Shown: piece after piece, positions 18,702 to 30,516 of the stretch
How the letters are laid out: each line of letters starts with the position of its first letter
How positions within the stretch are numbered: position 1 is the first letter of the stretch
Source of the DNA: Rhodanobacteraceae bacterium
GTDB lineage: Bacteria > Pseudomonadota > Gammaproteobacteria > Xanthomonadales > Ahniellaceae
Reading direction: 5' to 3'
DNA: 64,000 bases
Assembly: GCA_016708465.1 (NCBI GenBank)
Contig: JADJFT010000001.1
Coordinates: 249,680-313,679, forward strand
Made by a program: the position numbers and the translations under genes
Notes under the pieces: generated by a model
Told to the model about the DNA's origin: nothing
What the model saw: only the letters and a program-made list of their open reading frames with translations
Database searches by the model: none

Positions 18702-20613
18702 TTAGTACTTCTGGCGCGGTGGCTTGCGCTTCGGGTCGAAGTCACCGCCATGCTTGCGGATTGGTGCGCGCGGCGGTACGCCATCGACACGCGAGATACG
18801 CATCATCTGGCCGGCGACGCGAACCTTGCGCAAGTGATCCATCACGTCATCCGGCATGCCTTCTGGCAAATCGAGATAGGTATGGTCATCACGGATATCG
18901 ATGCGGCCGATGAACTTGCTCTCGAGGTCGATCTCGTTCGCAACTGCACCGACGATATTGCCTGGCTTCACGCCATGCTCATGGCCGACCTCGATACGGA
19001 AGGTCTCCATGCCGACTTCGGGTTCGCCACGTACGCGCGGTTCGCGTGGCCGATCGAGGTCTTGTGCCGAACGATTGGCGAACTCGCGCTTCGGTCGGTC
19101 GGCGCCAGCGAACTCGCGCGGCGGCGCGTCTCCGCTGAACTCGCGCCGTGGGCGCTCGGTTACGGCTTCACGACGCGGACGCTCGGCGAATGGCGTGCGC
19201 TCTCCGCGCGCCGGCCGTTCTGGGCGATCCGGACGCTCGCTGCGCGGACGTTCCTGATACTCGCGTGCCGGCGGCGGATCGTAGGCATCGAGCAGCAGTG
19301 GCTTGCCGCCCTGATACAAGCGCGCCAATGCGGCGGCGATCTCGATGGCCGGCACATTTTTTTCGTTTTCGATCGATTCGACGATCTGCTGGAACGCCGT
19401 CAGATTCGGTGCCGCAAGCGATTCAACGATCTTTTCCTTAAAGCGTTCGATGCGGCGGTCGTTCACCGCCGAGACCGTCGGCAGTTGCATCTGAGTGATT
19501 GGCTGGCGCGTGGCACGCTCGATCGCACGCAGCATGCCGCGTTCGCGCGGCGTCACGAACAGAATCGCTTCACCGGCGCGCCCGGCGCGCCCGGTGCGGC
19601 CGATACGGTGGACATAACTTTCGGTGTCGTAAGGAATATCGAAGTTGAAGACATGGCTGATGCGTTCGACATCAAGCCCACGCGCGGCAACATCGGTGGC
19701 GACAAGAATGTCGATATCGCCGGCCTTCAGTTTCTGGATCGTTTTTCTCACGTGCGGCCTGTTGCATGTCGCCATTGATCGCTGCGGCACGGAACCCGCG
19801 TGCTTCCAACTTTTCGGCCAGTTCTTCGGTCGACACCTTGGTGCGCGCAAACACGATCATTGCGTCGAACTTCTCGGTTTCGAGGATCCGGGTCAGCGCA
19901 TCGAGCTTGTGCAGACCGCTCACCAGCCAATAACGCTGGGTGATGTTTTGTGCGGTCTGGGTCAATGCGGCAATCTTTACCTCGGCCGGATCTTTGAGGT
20001 AGGTGTGAGCGATACGCCGAATCGATTCCGGCATCGTCGCCGAAAACAAAGCGATTTGGCGGGTTGCGGGCGTCTTCTGCAAAATCTTCTCGACATCATC
20101 GATGAAGCCCATGCGCAGCATCTCGTCGGCCTCGTCGAGCACGAGGTGGCGTAGCTGAGACAAGTCGAGCGTGCCCTTGTCGATGTGGTCGATGATGCGG
20201 CCCGGCGTTCCGATGACGACATGCACGCCGCGACGCAGCGCCGAGAGCTGCGCGCCGTAGCCGCTGCCGCCATAGATCGGTGCGACATGGAAACCTGGCA
20301 GATGGTGGGCGTACTTCTGGAAGGCCTCGGCGACCTGGATCGCGAGTTCGCGCGTTGGTGCCAGTACCAGCGCTTGCGGTGCTCTGGCGAGTGGCTGCAA
20401 CTTGGCGAGGATCGGCAGGGCAAACGCGGCGGTCTTGCCGGTGCCGGTCTGCGCTTGGCCGAGCAAGTCGCGGCCCTGGAGCAGCGCGGGGATGGTTGCG
20501 GCCTGGATCGGCGACGGTGATTCGTAGCCGACATCGGACAATGCCTTCAGCAGTGACTCGGGCAGGCCAAGGTCGGCGAAGGTGATGGAGACGGGCGAGG
20601 GCGCGTCAGACAT
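18702..20613 (-). pseudogene. deaD: DEAD-box RNA helicase DeaD/CsdA-like with a +1 frameshift in a T5/A5 run.
   Basis: [18 protein letters not shown] and SAT motifs lie in ORF 19672-20613. [13 protein letters not shown] and [10 protein letters not shown] lie in ORF 18702-19850. Removing one base from the run at 19742-19746 gives ...[14 protein letters not shown].... Confidence 0.9.
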
Positions 20614-20753
20614 GAGATTTCTCGGAAAGCGACGCGCAGCGCGTACCCGCGCAAACTAGCGGAAGCCCGTGGTGCTGACCAGTCGGGCGAGGGGTGCCAG
20701 GCGTGTGTCCTTCCCCGTGCGCGTCGCGCAAGGGGAAGGACGGGACAGGTTTT

Positions 20754-22885
20754 TTACTTCAACCCGCGCCGAACCAGCAACGGCTCGATGTTTGGTTCAC
20801 GGCCGCGGAAGTCGTGGAACAGTTGCATCGCGTCGACCGATCCGCCCTTCGACAGCAAAGTCTTGCGGAAATGGTCGCCGTTTTCACGCTTCAGGCCGCC
20901 GTGCTCCTTAAACCATTCGACGCTATCGGCGTCCAGAACTTCGGACCACAGGTAGGCGTAGTAGCCGGCGGCATAACCGCCAGAGAAAATATGGCTGAAG
21001 TACGTGCTGCGATAGCGCGGCGGTACCGGTGCAAAATCGACGCCGATTTTTTTCAGTGCATCGTGTTCGAACTGAATGGCGTCGGTTGGTATCTGATCAG
21101 GCTTGAGTTGGTGCCACCGTTGGTCGAGCATCGCTGCACCGAGGTATTCGGTGGTCGCGAAGCCTTGGTTGAAGGTACCGGTGGCGAGCACCTTGTCGAG
21201 CAGCGCTTTCGGCATGACTTCGCCGGTTTCGTAGTGCTTTGCATAGTTTGCGAGCACGGTGGGATCAGTCATCCACATCTCGTTGACTTGCGACGGATAT
21301 TCGACGAAGTCGCGCGGCACATTGGTGCCCGAAAAATGCGGGAACGTGACGTTCGAGAACATGCCGTGCAGCACGTGCCCGAACTCGTGGAAAGTGGTGT
21401 TGACCTCGTCGTAACTCATCAGCGTCGGCTGGCCTTTCGGCGGCTCCGGCACGTTCAGGTGCAGGGCCACAACCGGATGCGTACCGAGCAGAGCGCTTTG
21501 CGACACGTATTCGGTCATCCATGCGCCGCCACGCTTGGACGGACGCGCGTACATGTCGGTGATCAGCAGTGCCAGCTTGGTGCCGTCCTGGTCGAACACA
21601 TCGAATGTGCGTAGCGTCGGGTGATACTTCGGCAAATCCTTGCGCTCCTTGAAGCTCAGTCCGTAGAGCTTGCCGGCGGCGAAGAATATGCCGTTTTCGA
21701 GTACCGAATTGACTTCAAAGTAGGGCCGCAACTGAGCCTCGTCGAAGGCAAATTTCTCGGCGCGCACCTTCTCGGAATAGAACGACCAATCCGAGGCCGC
21801 GACCTGGAAGTCACCTTTGGCCGCGTCGATCAGTTTCTGGATCTCGGCGGCTTCCTTCTTCGCATTCGCAACTGCCGCCGGGGCGAGTTCAGCCATCATT
21901 TTGTTGACTGCGGCCGTCGTTTTGGCGGTCTCATCTTCCACGACGTAACTGGCGAAGTCGGCGTACCCGAGTAGTTGTGCGCGCTCGGCACGCAGTTTCG
22001 CTAGGCGCAACACGATCTGGCGATTGTCATATCGGCCGCCGACAGCGCAGCGTTGCTCCGATGCTTGCTGCAGTTTTGCGCGCAAGCCTCGGTCCTTGAT
22101 CACTGCGTTCGCAGGTTGACCGCTGGTGTTGACCAGGGCGATCAGGTATCCGTTTTCCTTGCCGGCGGCCTTGGCGGCCGATTCTGCAGCCGCGATGGCG
22201 TTGTCACTGAGGCCATCGAGTAAATGACGGTCTTCGACATACACCGCCGCCGCATTGGTTTCGTCGAGTACGTTTTGCGTGAATTGCGTCTGCAGAGTGG
22301 CGATCTCGGCGTTGAGCTTCTTCAGTGTTTCCTTGTCGGCGCCTGCGACCTTGGCGCCAGCGCGCACGAAATCGGTGTAATAACGCCACAACAGGCGTTC
22401 AGATTCAGCATCGAGCTTCAATTCGGCCTTGCGCTCGTATAGCGCCCTTGATGCGCTGGAAACAAGGCATCGTTGAGCAGAATCGCGTCGTTATGCGCCG
22501 CCAACTTTGGCGCAATGTCGGCGCGGATCTTGTTCATCGTATCGTTGGTGACGGTACCGCTGAGATTGAAGAACACCGTGGTTGCGCGATTGAACAGTTG
22601 ACCAGACTTCTCCATCGCGACGATGGTGTTGTCGAAACTTGGGGCCTCCTTCTGGCTGGTAATCGCGGCGACTTCGGCCAATTGTTCACGCATGCCCTGA
22701 TCGATCGCCGGGACGTAGTGTTCGTCCCTGATCTGGTCAAACGGCGGGAACTCATATTCCAGCGTGCTCGGCTTGAGCAGCGGATTGGCGGCGACGACTT
22801 CCTGCATGGCGGTGGCGGTTTCGGCGTGAACGATCGGACTGAGCCCGAGCACAATGGCAGCGGCGAGAAGCAAACGAGTGGACAT
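20754..22885 (-). pseudogene. dcp: M3-family peptidyl-dipeptidase Dcp with a signal peptide; two +1 insertions 13 nt apart.
   Basis: HEFGHVLHGM zinc motif. The N-terminal part starts at ATG 22885 (MSTRLLLAAAIVLGL...). Extra bases at 22458-22459 and 22445-22447; removing one at each gives ...NDALFQRIKALYERKAELKLDAESERLL.... Confidence 0.9.
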
Positions 22886-23060
22886 GGACAGTTCCTGCGG
22901 TGAGCGGTCGCTCACCATAAGCGAGACGAGCGCTTGCCGCATGTATGGATCGTCATGAACTGATGCGCTTCGCCCCTCGCTGATAACGATTCGTCCTGTC
23001 CATCGTCACGGTTTCCGGACTCGGTCGGGTCGACATCCCATTCGGGCGAATTTCAATCGG

Positions 23061-23843
23061 TCACTTTTCGACAAAAGCGCGCTCAAACACATATTCGCCG
23101 GCAACACCGATACGTGGTGCGGCGCAGAAGCCGCGAGCATCGAGGATGCGTCGGAAGTCCGCCAGCATTTGCGGACTGCCGCAGATCATCGCGCGATCGT
23201 GCTTGGGATCCAGTGCTTCGATACCGAGGTCCGCCTGCACCTGACCGTTGTCGAACAAGGTGGTGACGCGGCCCTGGTGGATGAATGGTTCGCGGCTCAC
23301 CGTCGGGTAGTAGCGAAACTTTTGTTGAATCGATTCGCCGAGGAATTCGTGGCGTGGCATCTCACGTTCGAGATAATCGCGATAGGCGAGGTCAGCGGCA
23401 TTGCGAACGCCATGCATCAAGATCACACGCTGATAGCGCGCGTAGGTATCCGGGTCGTTGAGAATTGACAGGAAAGGCGCGAGACCAGTGCCGGACGCAA
23501 GCAGATACAAGTTGCGGCCCGGATGCGCGTCGCTGATCAGCAGTGCGCCAGTCGGCTTGCGCGACAGCATCAGTTCGTCGCCCGGCTGGATGTGCTGAAG
23601 GCGCGATGTCAGCGGGCCGTTTTGCACCTTGATCGAGAAGAACTCAAGATGTTCTTCCCAGTTCGCGCTGGCGATCGAATACGCGCGCATCAGCGGCTTG
23701 CCGTTGACCATCAACCCGATCATGACGAACTGGCCATTGTCGAAGCGGAAACCGTCGTCGCTGGTGACCGTGAAACTGAAGTAGGCGTCGGTCCAATGAC
23801 GCACATCGAGCACGCGCTCGCTGATGAAGGCAGATGGGGACAT
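23061..23843 (-). CDS. fpr: Ferredoxin--NADP(+) reductase.
   Basis: Starts at ATG 23843. RAYSIAS (FAD-binding motif) and LLASGTGLAPF (NADP-binding motif). Confidence 0.9.
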   Translation of the reverse strand: MSPSAFISERVLDVRHWTDAYFSFTVTSDDGFRFDNGQFVMIGLMVNGKPLMRAYSIASANWEEHLEFFSIKVQNGPLTSRLQHIQPGDELMLSRKPTGALLISDAHPGRNLYLLASGTGLAPFLSILNDPDTYARYQRVILMHGVRNAADLAYRDYLEREMPRHEFLGESIQQKFRYYPTVSREPFIHQGRVTTLFDNGQVQADLGIEALDPKHDRAMICGSPQMLADFRRILDARGFCAAPRIGVAGEYVFERAFVEK

Positions 23844-23924
23844 TCTCGGGCTTCGCGACAGCGTGTCGCGCAATGGGTCAGGCCGGCATTCTAGAGGATG
23901 CCCGGCAGTACCGATTGACCGCGG

Positions 23925-26098
23925 TCAAGCACGCTTCTGACCGCTGGTCTCATCCAGGGCCAGACACAGCAGCCGGGCCTCAATCCGTTCGCTGATGTTG
24001 GCTGGTGAATCGAGGCGCATGCGTTTCAGGTCGGCAAGATGTTCCGGTCGCGGCCGGCCGCGCAAAAGTGCCTTTGCCATGCTGCGCAACTTCCCGGCGG
24101 GCGTCACCGTGCTGGCCTTGAGATGCTTCAGCGCGCCGATCAGACGCAGTTCGCGTTCATCGAAATCGCAACCAAATGGCCAGTGCGGCAAGTGGGTGAG
24201 TGCGCCACACGATGCTAGGCGCTGGTGCAGACCTTCCGGGTGTGTTCGTGCGCACCGCCTCGGGCAACACGTAGTCGCGGGCCAGCTTGCCAGCCGCCTC
24301 GGCTTTGCTCACCAGCGCATCAACGAAACGCGCGTCGCAGATCGCAAGCATGCGCTGCACACACTCCTCGTCGGTGGCGCCGCGCAGGTCAGCGATGCCG
24401 TATTCGGTCACGACGAGATCGCGCAGATGGCGCGGAATGGTGGTGTAGCCGTAATGCCAGACGATGTTCGACTGCGGTCCATGCGCGTTTTCTCGGACTG
24501 CACGCAACATCAATGCACTGCGGCCATTCGGAATTTCGTGTGCCATCGCGACGAAGTTGTATTTACCACCAACGCCGCTGACGACTTGGCCATCGGCGAG
24601 GCCGTCGGACACCGCGGCACCGAACACGGTCGCCATCATGCAGGTGTTGAAGAAGCGCGGATCGTGGCGTTGTGCGATGTCCAGCGACTCGCGCCCGCCA
24701 TACAACTGATTGATGTGCGTCACGCGGGTCATACACAGTCCTGCGTAATCGGCGTCGTCGAGATCGCGCAGCCAGTCTTGCAGCAACCGGGTGCCGAGCC
24801 AGAACGCGCCGTGCAGATAGCGACCACCGACCAGCGGTTTGCCGTCGATGTGCTCGACCAGCATGCGCTTGGCGCCGCGATCGGACAGGTCGGCACCACT
24901 GCGCATGCCGTCCGGCCAACGCAGTTCGCCATTGACGAGGTCGACGCTGGAATCGACGAGGCCAAACTTCTGCAGCCAGTGCAGCGAGGGCCGATCGAGC
25001 TGCATCGCAACCAAGCCGACCTCGATGAACCGATCCAGCGTTGATGTGTCGGCCACTTCATGCACCGCACCGCTATTCAGCAGTCGCTGCAGACCAAGGT
25101 CATCGAATACATGTCGGCGCAGGATGCCGCTCTTGCGCAGATGCATGAAACCGTCCATGACCATCTCGCTGGCACCATATAGCCCGCGTTCGAAAACGCC
25201 CGCATTCGATACCGAGTCCGGGACTGCGCAGGACACTTAAGGCGCGGACCGTCTGTGCAAATGCGGCAGGATCGCGTTCGCGCCAGAGCAAGCCATGCAC
25301 GATCGCATCCGATAGCGCGCCAATACCGATCTGCAGCGTTCCGCCGTCTTTGACCAAGCTGGCCGCATGCAGCCCGATCGCGTGTTCGCTCGGCAGCACG
25401 GGTTCGCGCGGCAAGGCGAATAAGCGATGACGATCATTCGTGTTCTCGACCAACAAATCGGCAAAATCGAGGCCAACTTCTGCATCGTTACCGAGGAACG
25501 GCAAATCCGCATGCACGACCGCGACCACGTAAGGCCGTGGCTGTCCATTCGCGGCCATGCGCTCAATCAGTTCCAACGTGACATCGGGATTGCAGGACAT
25601 GCTCAGCCGATCGCCCCGGCGCGCGACGATCTGCAGTAGCAGCGTTGGCTGCCGCGTTGCCATATCGCGTGCAACATGGGTGTAGTTGATGCTGGCGTAA
25701 TGGCGCTGAGCGGTGTCATTGCCGAGCCAGGCACCGGATTGAAAATAGAATTCGTGGACTGACACGTTCGCTGGCAAACGCCCGGCACGTTGGTCGAGCA
25801 CGTAGTCGAGGTCAGGATAATCGGCGCCAAAATGACGATCGATGAACGGTTGTGCGAAGCGCGCTTCCAGCCCGGGCTTTGGTTGCGGGCGCGCCAGCGA
25901 CAACGCCGTGAACAACTTGAGTGAACGCGACGGGTCGCGGCGCACGACGTCGTAGATCGCGTTCAGCAGGCGGTTCGGCTTGCCGAGGCCGAGCGGGATC
26001 GCGGCGACAATGTGCTTCGGACAGCGTTCAAGGATGCGTTCAAGCGCAGTGGCGTTGTCGCAAACGATTTCGGTGCGGGTCATAACGGCTCCGGTCAT
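23925..26098 (-). pseudogene. Acetyl-CoA hydrolase/transferase family protein with two +1 frameshifts.
   Basis: Three consecutive ORFs (25100-26098, 24157-25236, 23925-24191) read as one protein. Extra bases at GGG 25220-25222 and GGG 24238-24240; removal gives ...LRSPDSVSNAGVFERG... and ...RTNTPEGLHQRLASCGALTHLPHWPFG.... Confidence 0.7.
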
Positions 26099-26141
26099 GA
26101 CGGAATGCTAGCGCCCGTGACTTCGCCGCGCGTGATCCCGA

Positions 26142-26624
26142 TCAATCACCCGCATCCTTGCCGTTACGTTTGACCAGTTCATGAAACGTCGCCCCGGTGA
26201 ATCGCAGCGTCGCTGTCGCCAGAAACACTTCGCGCAGGAACAGCGCCAGCGCGACGACCATTGATGCCATCGCGGCGATGAACAACAAGGCCACCGGTAC
26301 TGACGCGTCGAAACCGAAGAATGCACCGATGAACATGATGGCGATCACCGCTGCGATCAGCAGCGCGGTCAATGTGGCGAGCGCGATCGCCCAACTGACG
26401 ACACGCCCGCGCTTGGCGATTCCCTGCAGTTCGCTGCGCGCTTTCGACGATTTCGCGTCGTCGCCGTCGGCAAACGATTCGAGGCGTCGCGCTCGATCGA
26501 CGATGCGTGCGAGGCGATTGGTCAACACACCGAGCAAGGCGGCGACGCCGGTGAGCAGGAAGACGGGGGCGACCGCCAATTGGATGGCATGCGCGATGCC
26601 GGACGTACCGAGGTTCGGGATCAT
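26142..26624 (-). CDS. DUF2721-like membrane protein.
   Basis: 160 aa. IQLAVAPVFLLTGVAALLGVLTNRLARIVDRARRLE plus C-terminal TM helices. Confidence 0.7.
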   Translation of the reverse strand: MIPNLGTSGIAHAIQLAVAPVFLLTGVAALLGVLTNRLARIVDRARRLESFADGDDAKSSKARSELQGIAKRGRVVSWAIALATLTALLIAAVIAIMFIGAFFGFDASVPVALLFIAAMASMVVALALFLREVFLATATLRFTGATFHELVKRNGKDAGD

Positions 26625-26655
26625 GGTCGTGGTGTTCGCAACAGGGGCGCTAAGC

Positions 26656-28229
26656 CTAGCCGAGCGTGCTGTCCGGTGTGATCGGGGTCAGCGGAAAGTC
26701 TGGCCTGCCGCGCACCCGCGCTTCGAGTGCGTGCATCAGCGCCAAAACACGTGATTCCTGCCACAACGGTGCGGCAATCTGTACCGCGACCGGTAGGCCG
26801 GTCGCATCGCGTTCGCACTCGATCGCAGCCCGAACGGCGCGATCACCGGTTGCTGCACGCGTCGGCGTCTCCTCGGCGCGAATGCGCGTGATCGGAACGA
26901 TCCCGGCCGGCCAGCCCAGCACATTCCACAACGAGGCATAGGTGCCGGCGACGCCGAGATCGATGGCCTGTCCATGCCGGTAAGCCGGGGTCGCGAAGGC
27001 CGGCATCAGCACGGCGTCAAACCCGTCGGCACGCAACATGTTGCGGAAACGTTCTTCAAATGACTGTTGGCGCATAACCGTGCGCCAGTAGTGATCGGTG
27101 TCGCCATGCCCGAAGCAGGACAACATGTCTGCAGCACCGATCTGTCCAAAAGCGCGCAACAGCGCCGCCATCACCGTGTTGAAACGGCGGCCACGCGCGG
27201 CGAAGAAGCGCAGTCGGGCGATGCGCGGATCGACTGGCGAACCGAGCAACTGCCGGCGAATTTCGGCACCTCGATCACTGGACAGCAGATGAAAGAAAAT
27301 CTCCTGTGCCTGGATCAGCGGTGGCGGTGTCCACGCGTCAACCGCGACGCCCGATGCACGCAGTTGCGCCGCTGCTTCAGTCACCGCGCGACGGCCAGCA
27401 GCATGAACCGGAAACACGCCGTCGTCCTCGATCAGGGCAACCCGCAACGCCGATACATCGATGCTGCGTGCATCGGCTAGCGGTGCCCAGGGCGGGCCAT
27501 CACGACCGGCGTCGAATTCGCCAAACACGATGCGCGTGCCGAGTTCGATGTCGGCGCTCGTGCGCGCCAAGACACCGGCTTGGGAGGTGATCGCACGCTG
27601 ACCTTTCGAGAAGCCGATGCCGCAGGCGTCATTGGCGCGCCCGGCACCCGGTTTCAGTCCGAAGATTCCGCAGAATGCCGACGGGACGCGGATGCTGCCG
27701 CCGATATCGGTTCGAGCCCGAGCGGCGAGCCACCGGCTGCGATCAATGCGCCTTCGCCGCCGGTGGAACCACCGCAGGAACGCTCGTGGTGCCAAGGATT
27801 GCGGGTGAGACCATAGACCGGATTGTCGGTTTCGACGAAGGACATCAGTTGCGGCACATTGGTCTTGCCCAGCACAATGCCGCCGGCATGGCACAGTCGC
27901 GCAACATGCGGATCGTTTACGGTGTCGATCACGGCTTTGCGCGTGGACAGGCCGCCGGTTGCCGCTGTGCCCGCCACTGCCAGGCATTCCTTGATGCTGA
28001 TCGGCAACCCATGCAGTGGCCCCAACGGTTCGCCGTGCAGGCGCCGTGTATCAGCTGTATCCGCTTCGCGGCGCGCATGGTCGAAACGTGCGACAACGAG
28101 TGCATTGATCGCCGGATTGACCGTCTCGATGCGCTCAATCTGTGCATCGACCGATTCACGTGCCGACACATCGCCACGAGCGAGCCGGTCACGCCATTCG
28201 GTCGCGCTCAATTGCCAGAGTGCCGTCAT
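26656..28229 (-). pseudogene. Amidase-signature family amidase with a 1-nt deletion.
   Basis: GGSTGGEGALIAAGGSPLGL in ORF 27654-28229 continues as TDIGGSIRVPSAFCG in ORF 26656-27987. One base is missing near 27712-27713; restoring gG/Ga gives GLGTDIGGSIR. Confidence 0.85.
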
Positions 28230-28330
28230 CGTTGATCCTCATCGTTGCATCACCAGTATGCCCGCGGCAGGTGACTTCGGGGAGCCAGCATCTCGGCCAA
28301 GCGCGGATCAGCAAGTACCGACGGCCAAGC

Positions 28331-28500
28331 TCAGTCAATTGCGACAACAACGCGGTTGCGGCCTTGTTGTTTGGCACGATACAGCGCGCACCGCACTGAG
28401 CAGCATGGCGAAACGCTGATGCGCGCGATTGTGATGATTCTGTGCCGCGCCGACATGGTTGTACTGCGACGGTGCGCGTAAAATTGCCACTTTCCCCAAC
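28331..28500 (-). pseudogene. C-terminal remnant of a GGDEF-domain (diguanylate cyclase) gene.
   Basis: The minus strand ends ...ALYRAKQQGRNRVVVAID-stop (TGA at 28331-28333), the characteristic GGDEF C-terminus. The neighbouring frame just upstream reads VGAAQNHHNRAHQRFAMLLSA. There is no room for the rest of the domain because fumA starts at 28512. Confidence 0.45.
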
Positions 28501-28511
28501 CCGATCTCGCC

Positions 28512-30010
28512 GTGGCCACGATCCAGCAGGAAGACTTCATCCAGTCCGTCGCCGACGCGCTGCAGTACATCAGCTACTACCACCCGGTCGACTACATCAC
28601 GAGCTTGGCGCAGGCCTACGAGCGCGAGCAATCGGCGGCGGCGAAGGATGCGATCGCGCAGATCCTGATCAATTCGCGCTTGTGCGCCGAAGGCCATCGG
28701 CCGATCTGCCAGGACACCGGTATCGTCACCGTGTTTCTGGAAGTGGGTATGAACCTGTGTTGGAACGCCACGTTGTCGGTCGATGAGATGGTCAACGAAG
28801 GCGTTCGCCGCGCATACCACCATCCCGACAACAAGCTGCGCGCCTCGGTTCTGGCCGACCCGGCGGGCAAGCGCATCAACACGAAAGACAATACGCCGGC
28901 GGTGGTCAACGTAAAAATCGTGCCCGGCGATCGGCTCGAGGTCACGGTCGCTGCGAAAGGCGGTGGTTCTGAGGCAAAGTCGAAGTTCGCGATGCTGAAT
29001 CCGTCGGATTCGGTCGTTGACTGGGTGCTGAAAACGGTGCCGACGATGGGTGCGGGTTGGTGCCCGCCAGGCATGCTCGGTATAGGCATCGGCGGTACTG
29101 CGGAGAAGGCGATGTTGCTCGCCAAGGAAGCGCTGATGGAGCCGATCGACATTCAGAACCTGATCGCGCGCGGCCCGAATAACCGCGCCGAAGAACTACG
29201 CATCGAGTTGTACGAGAAGGTCAACGCGCTTGGTATAGTGGTCTGACGACCGTGCTCGACGTCAAGGTGAAAGACTATCCGACCCACGCAGCGAACCTGC
29301 CGGTCGCGATCATTCCGAATTGTGCGGCGACGCGCCATGCACATTTCACGCTGGATGGCAGCGGACCAGTGATGCTTGATCCGCCCTCGCTCGATGTCTG
29401 GCCGAAGCTGACCTACGACGCCAGCAAAGGCAGGCGAGTGAATCTGGATACGGTGACGCGCGAAGAAGTTGCGATGTGGCAGCCGGGCGATGTGATCCTG
29501 CTCAGCGGCAAGTTGCTGACCGGCCGCGACGCCGCGCACAAGCGCATGATCGACATGCTCAATCGTGGCGAGGAACTACCGGTCGATTTCCGCGGGCGTT
29601 TCATCTACTACGTCGGCCCGGTCGATCCGGTGCGTGACGAAGTCGTTGGTCCGGCGGGCCCCACGACCGCGACGCGGATGGACAAGTTCACCCGCCAGTT
29701 GCTCGAAACCACCGGACTGCTCGGCATGGTCGGCAAGTCGGAGCGCGGGCCCGAGGCGATCAGCGCAATTCGCGACAATGCTGCCGTCTACTTGATGGCG
29801 GTCGGCGGTGCCGCCTATCTGGTCTCCAAGGCGATCAAGGCGTCGAAGGTGTTGGCATTCGAAGATCTCGGCATGGAAGCGATCTACGAATTCACCGTGC
29901 AGGATATGCCGGTCACCGTCGCCGTCGATTCAAAAGGAACCTCGGTCCATGACACCGGCCCGCGCGAATGGCAGGCGAAAATCGGCAAGATCCCCGTGGT
30001 CGTCCTATAA
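28512..30010 (+). pseudogene. fumA: Class I (Fe-S) fumarate hydratase, fused alpha/beta type, with the frame broken at the domain junction.
   Basis: MATIQQEDFIQSVADALQYISYYHP...CQDTGIV (alpha part, ORF 28512-29246) and ...GLTTVLDVKVKDYPTHAANLPVAIIPNCAATRHAHF... (beta part, ORF 29252-30010 plus its in-frame upstream extension). The switch lies at about 29236-29242. Confidence 0.9.
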
Positions 30011-30025
30011 CTTCTCGGAGTACGC

Positions 30026-30508
30026 ATGAGCAGCATCTACGAATTCAGTACAAAAGACATTGATGGCAATGATGTGTCGCTATCGGTCTACCAGGGCAAG
30101 GTGATGCTGTTGGTTAATGTCGCCTCGAAGTGCGGTTTCACGCCGCAGTACACCGGACTCGAAGCGATGTATCGCAAACATCGCGAACGCGGATTGGTCG
30201 TGCTCGGCTTTCCCTGCGATCAGTTCGGTCATCAGGAACCGGGCGACGAGGATGAAATCAAGAACTTTTGTTCGCTCACCTACGATGTCAGCTTCCCGAT
30301 GTTCGCAAAAGTCGACGTCAATGGTGCCAAGGCGCACCCACTGTGGCAGTGGCTGAAGTCGGAGAAACCCGGCGTTCTCGGGCTGGAAGCGATCAAGTGG
30401 AACTTCACCAAGTTCCTCGTCGATCAATCCGGGAAGGTGGTCAAGCGCTACGCGCCGACCGACACCCCGGAAAAAGTCGAGAAAGACGTAGACGCCTTGC
30501 TGCGCTGA
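30026..30508 (+). CDS. Glutathione peroxidase (BtuE/Gpx family).
   Basis: 160 aa. LLVNVASKCGFTPQY and FPCDQFGHQEPG motifs. Confidence 0.9.
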   Translation: MSSIYEFSTKDIDGNDVSLSVYQGKVMLLVNVASKCGFTPQYTGLEAMYRKHRERGLVVLGFPCDQFGHQEPGDEDEIKNFCSLTYDVSFPMFAKVDVNGAKAHPLWQWLKSEKPGVLGLEAIKWNFTKFLVDQSGKVVKRYAPTDTPEKVEKDVDALLR

Positions 30509-30516
30509 TTGTCGTA

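Noticed and set aside
18264-19778. 504-aa plus-strand ORF, the longest unexplained ORF in the track.
   Set aside because: It lies antisense to the crotonase and deaD genes. Its translation is Arg/Ala/Pro-rich and low in complexity with no recognisable motif. Such shadow ORFs are expected in high-GC DNA.
23995-25044. 349-aa plus-strand ORF. The same applies to the similar ORFs 575-1477(-), 6483-7379(+), 10063-10896(+), 20694-21614(+), 43643-44206(+), 46138-46845(+) and 62744-63370(+).
   Set aside because: All are antisense to confidently identified genes. They show biased Arg/His/Asp/Val composition typical of non-coding frames in GC-rich genes.
29244-29254. The idea that the fumarase is a genuine two-subunit (alpha plus beta) enzyme.
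   Set aside because: The beta ORF has no RBS or ATG. Its frame stays open upstream and continues the homology (GLTTVLDV). The 5-nt gap with a frame change matches the indel pattern seen elsewhere in the window.
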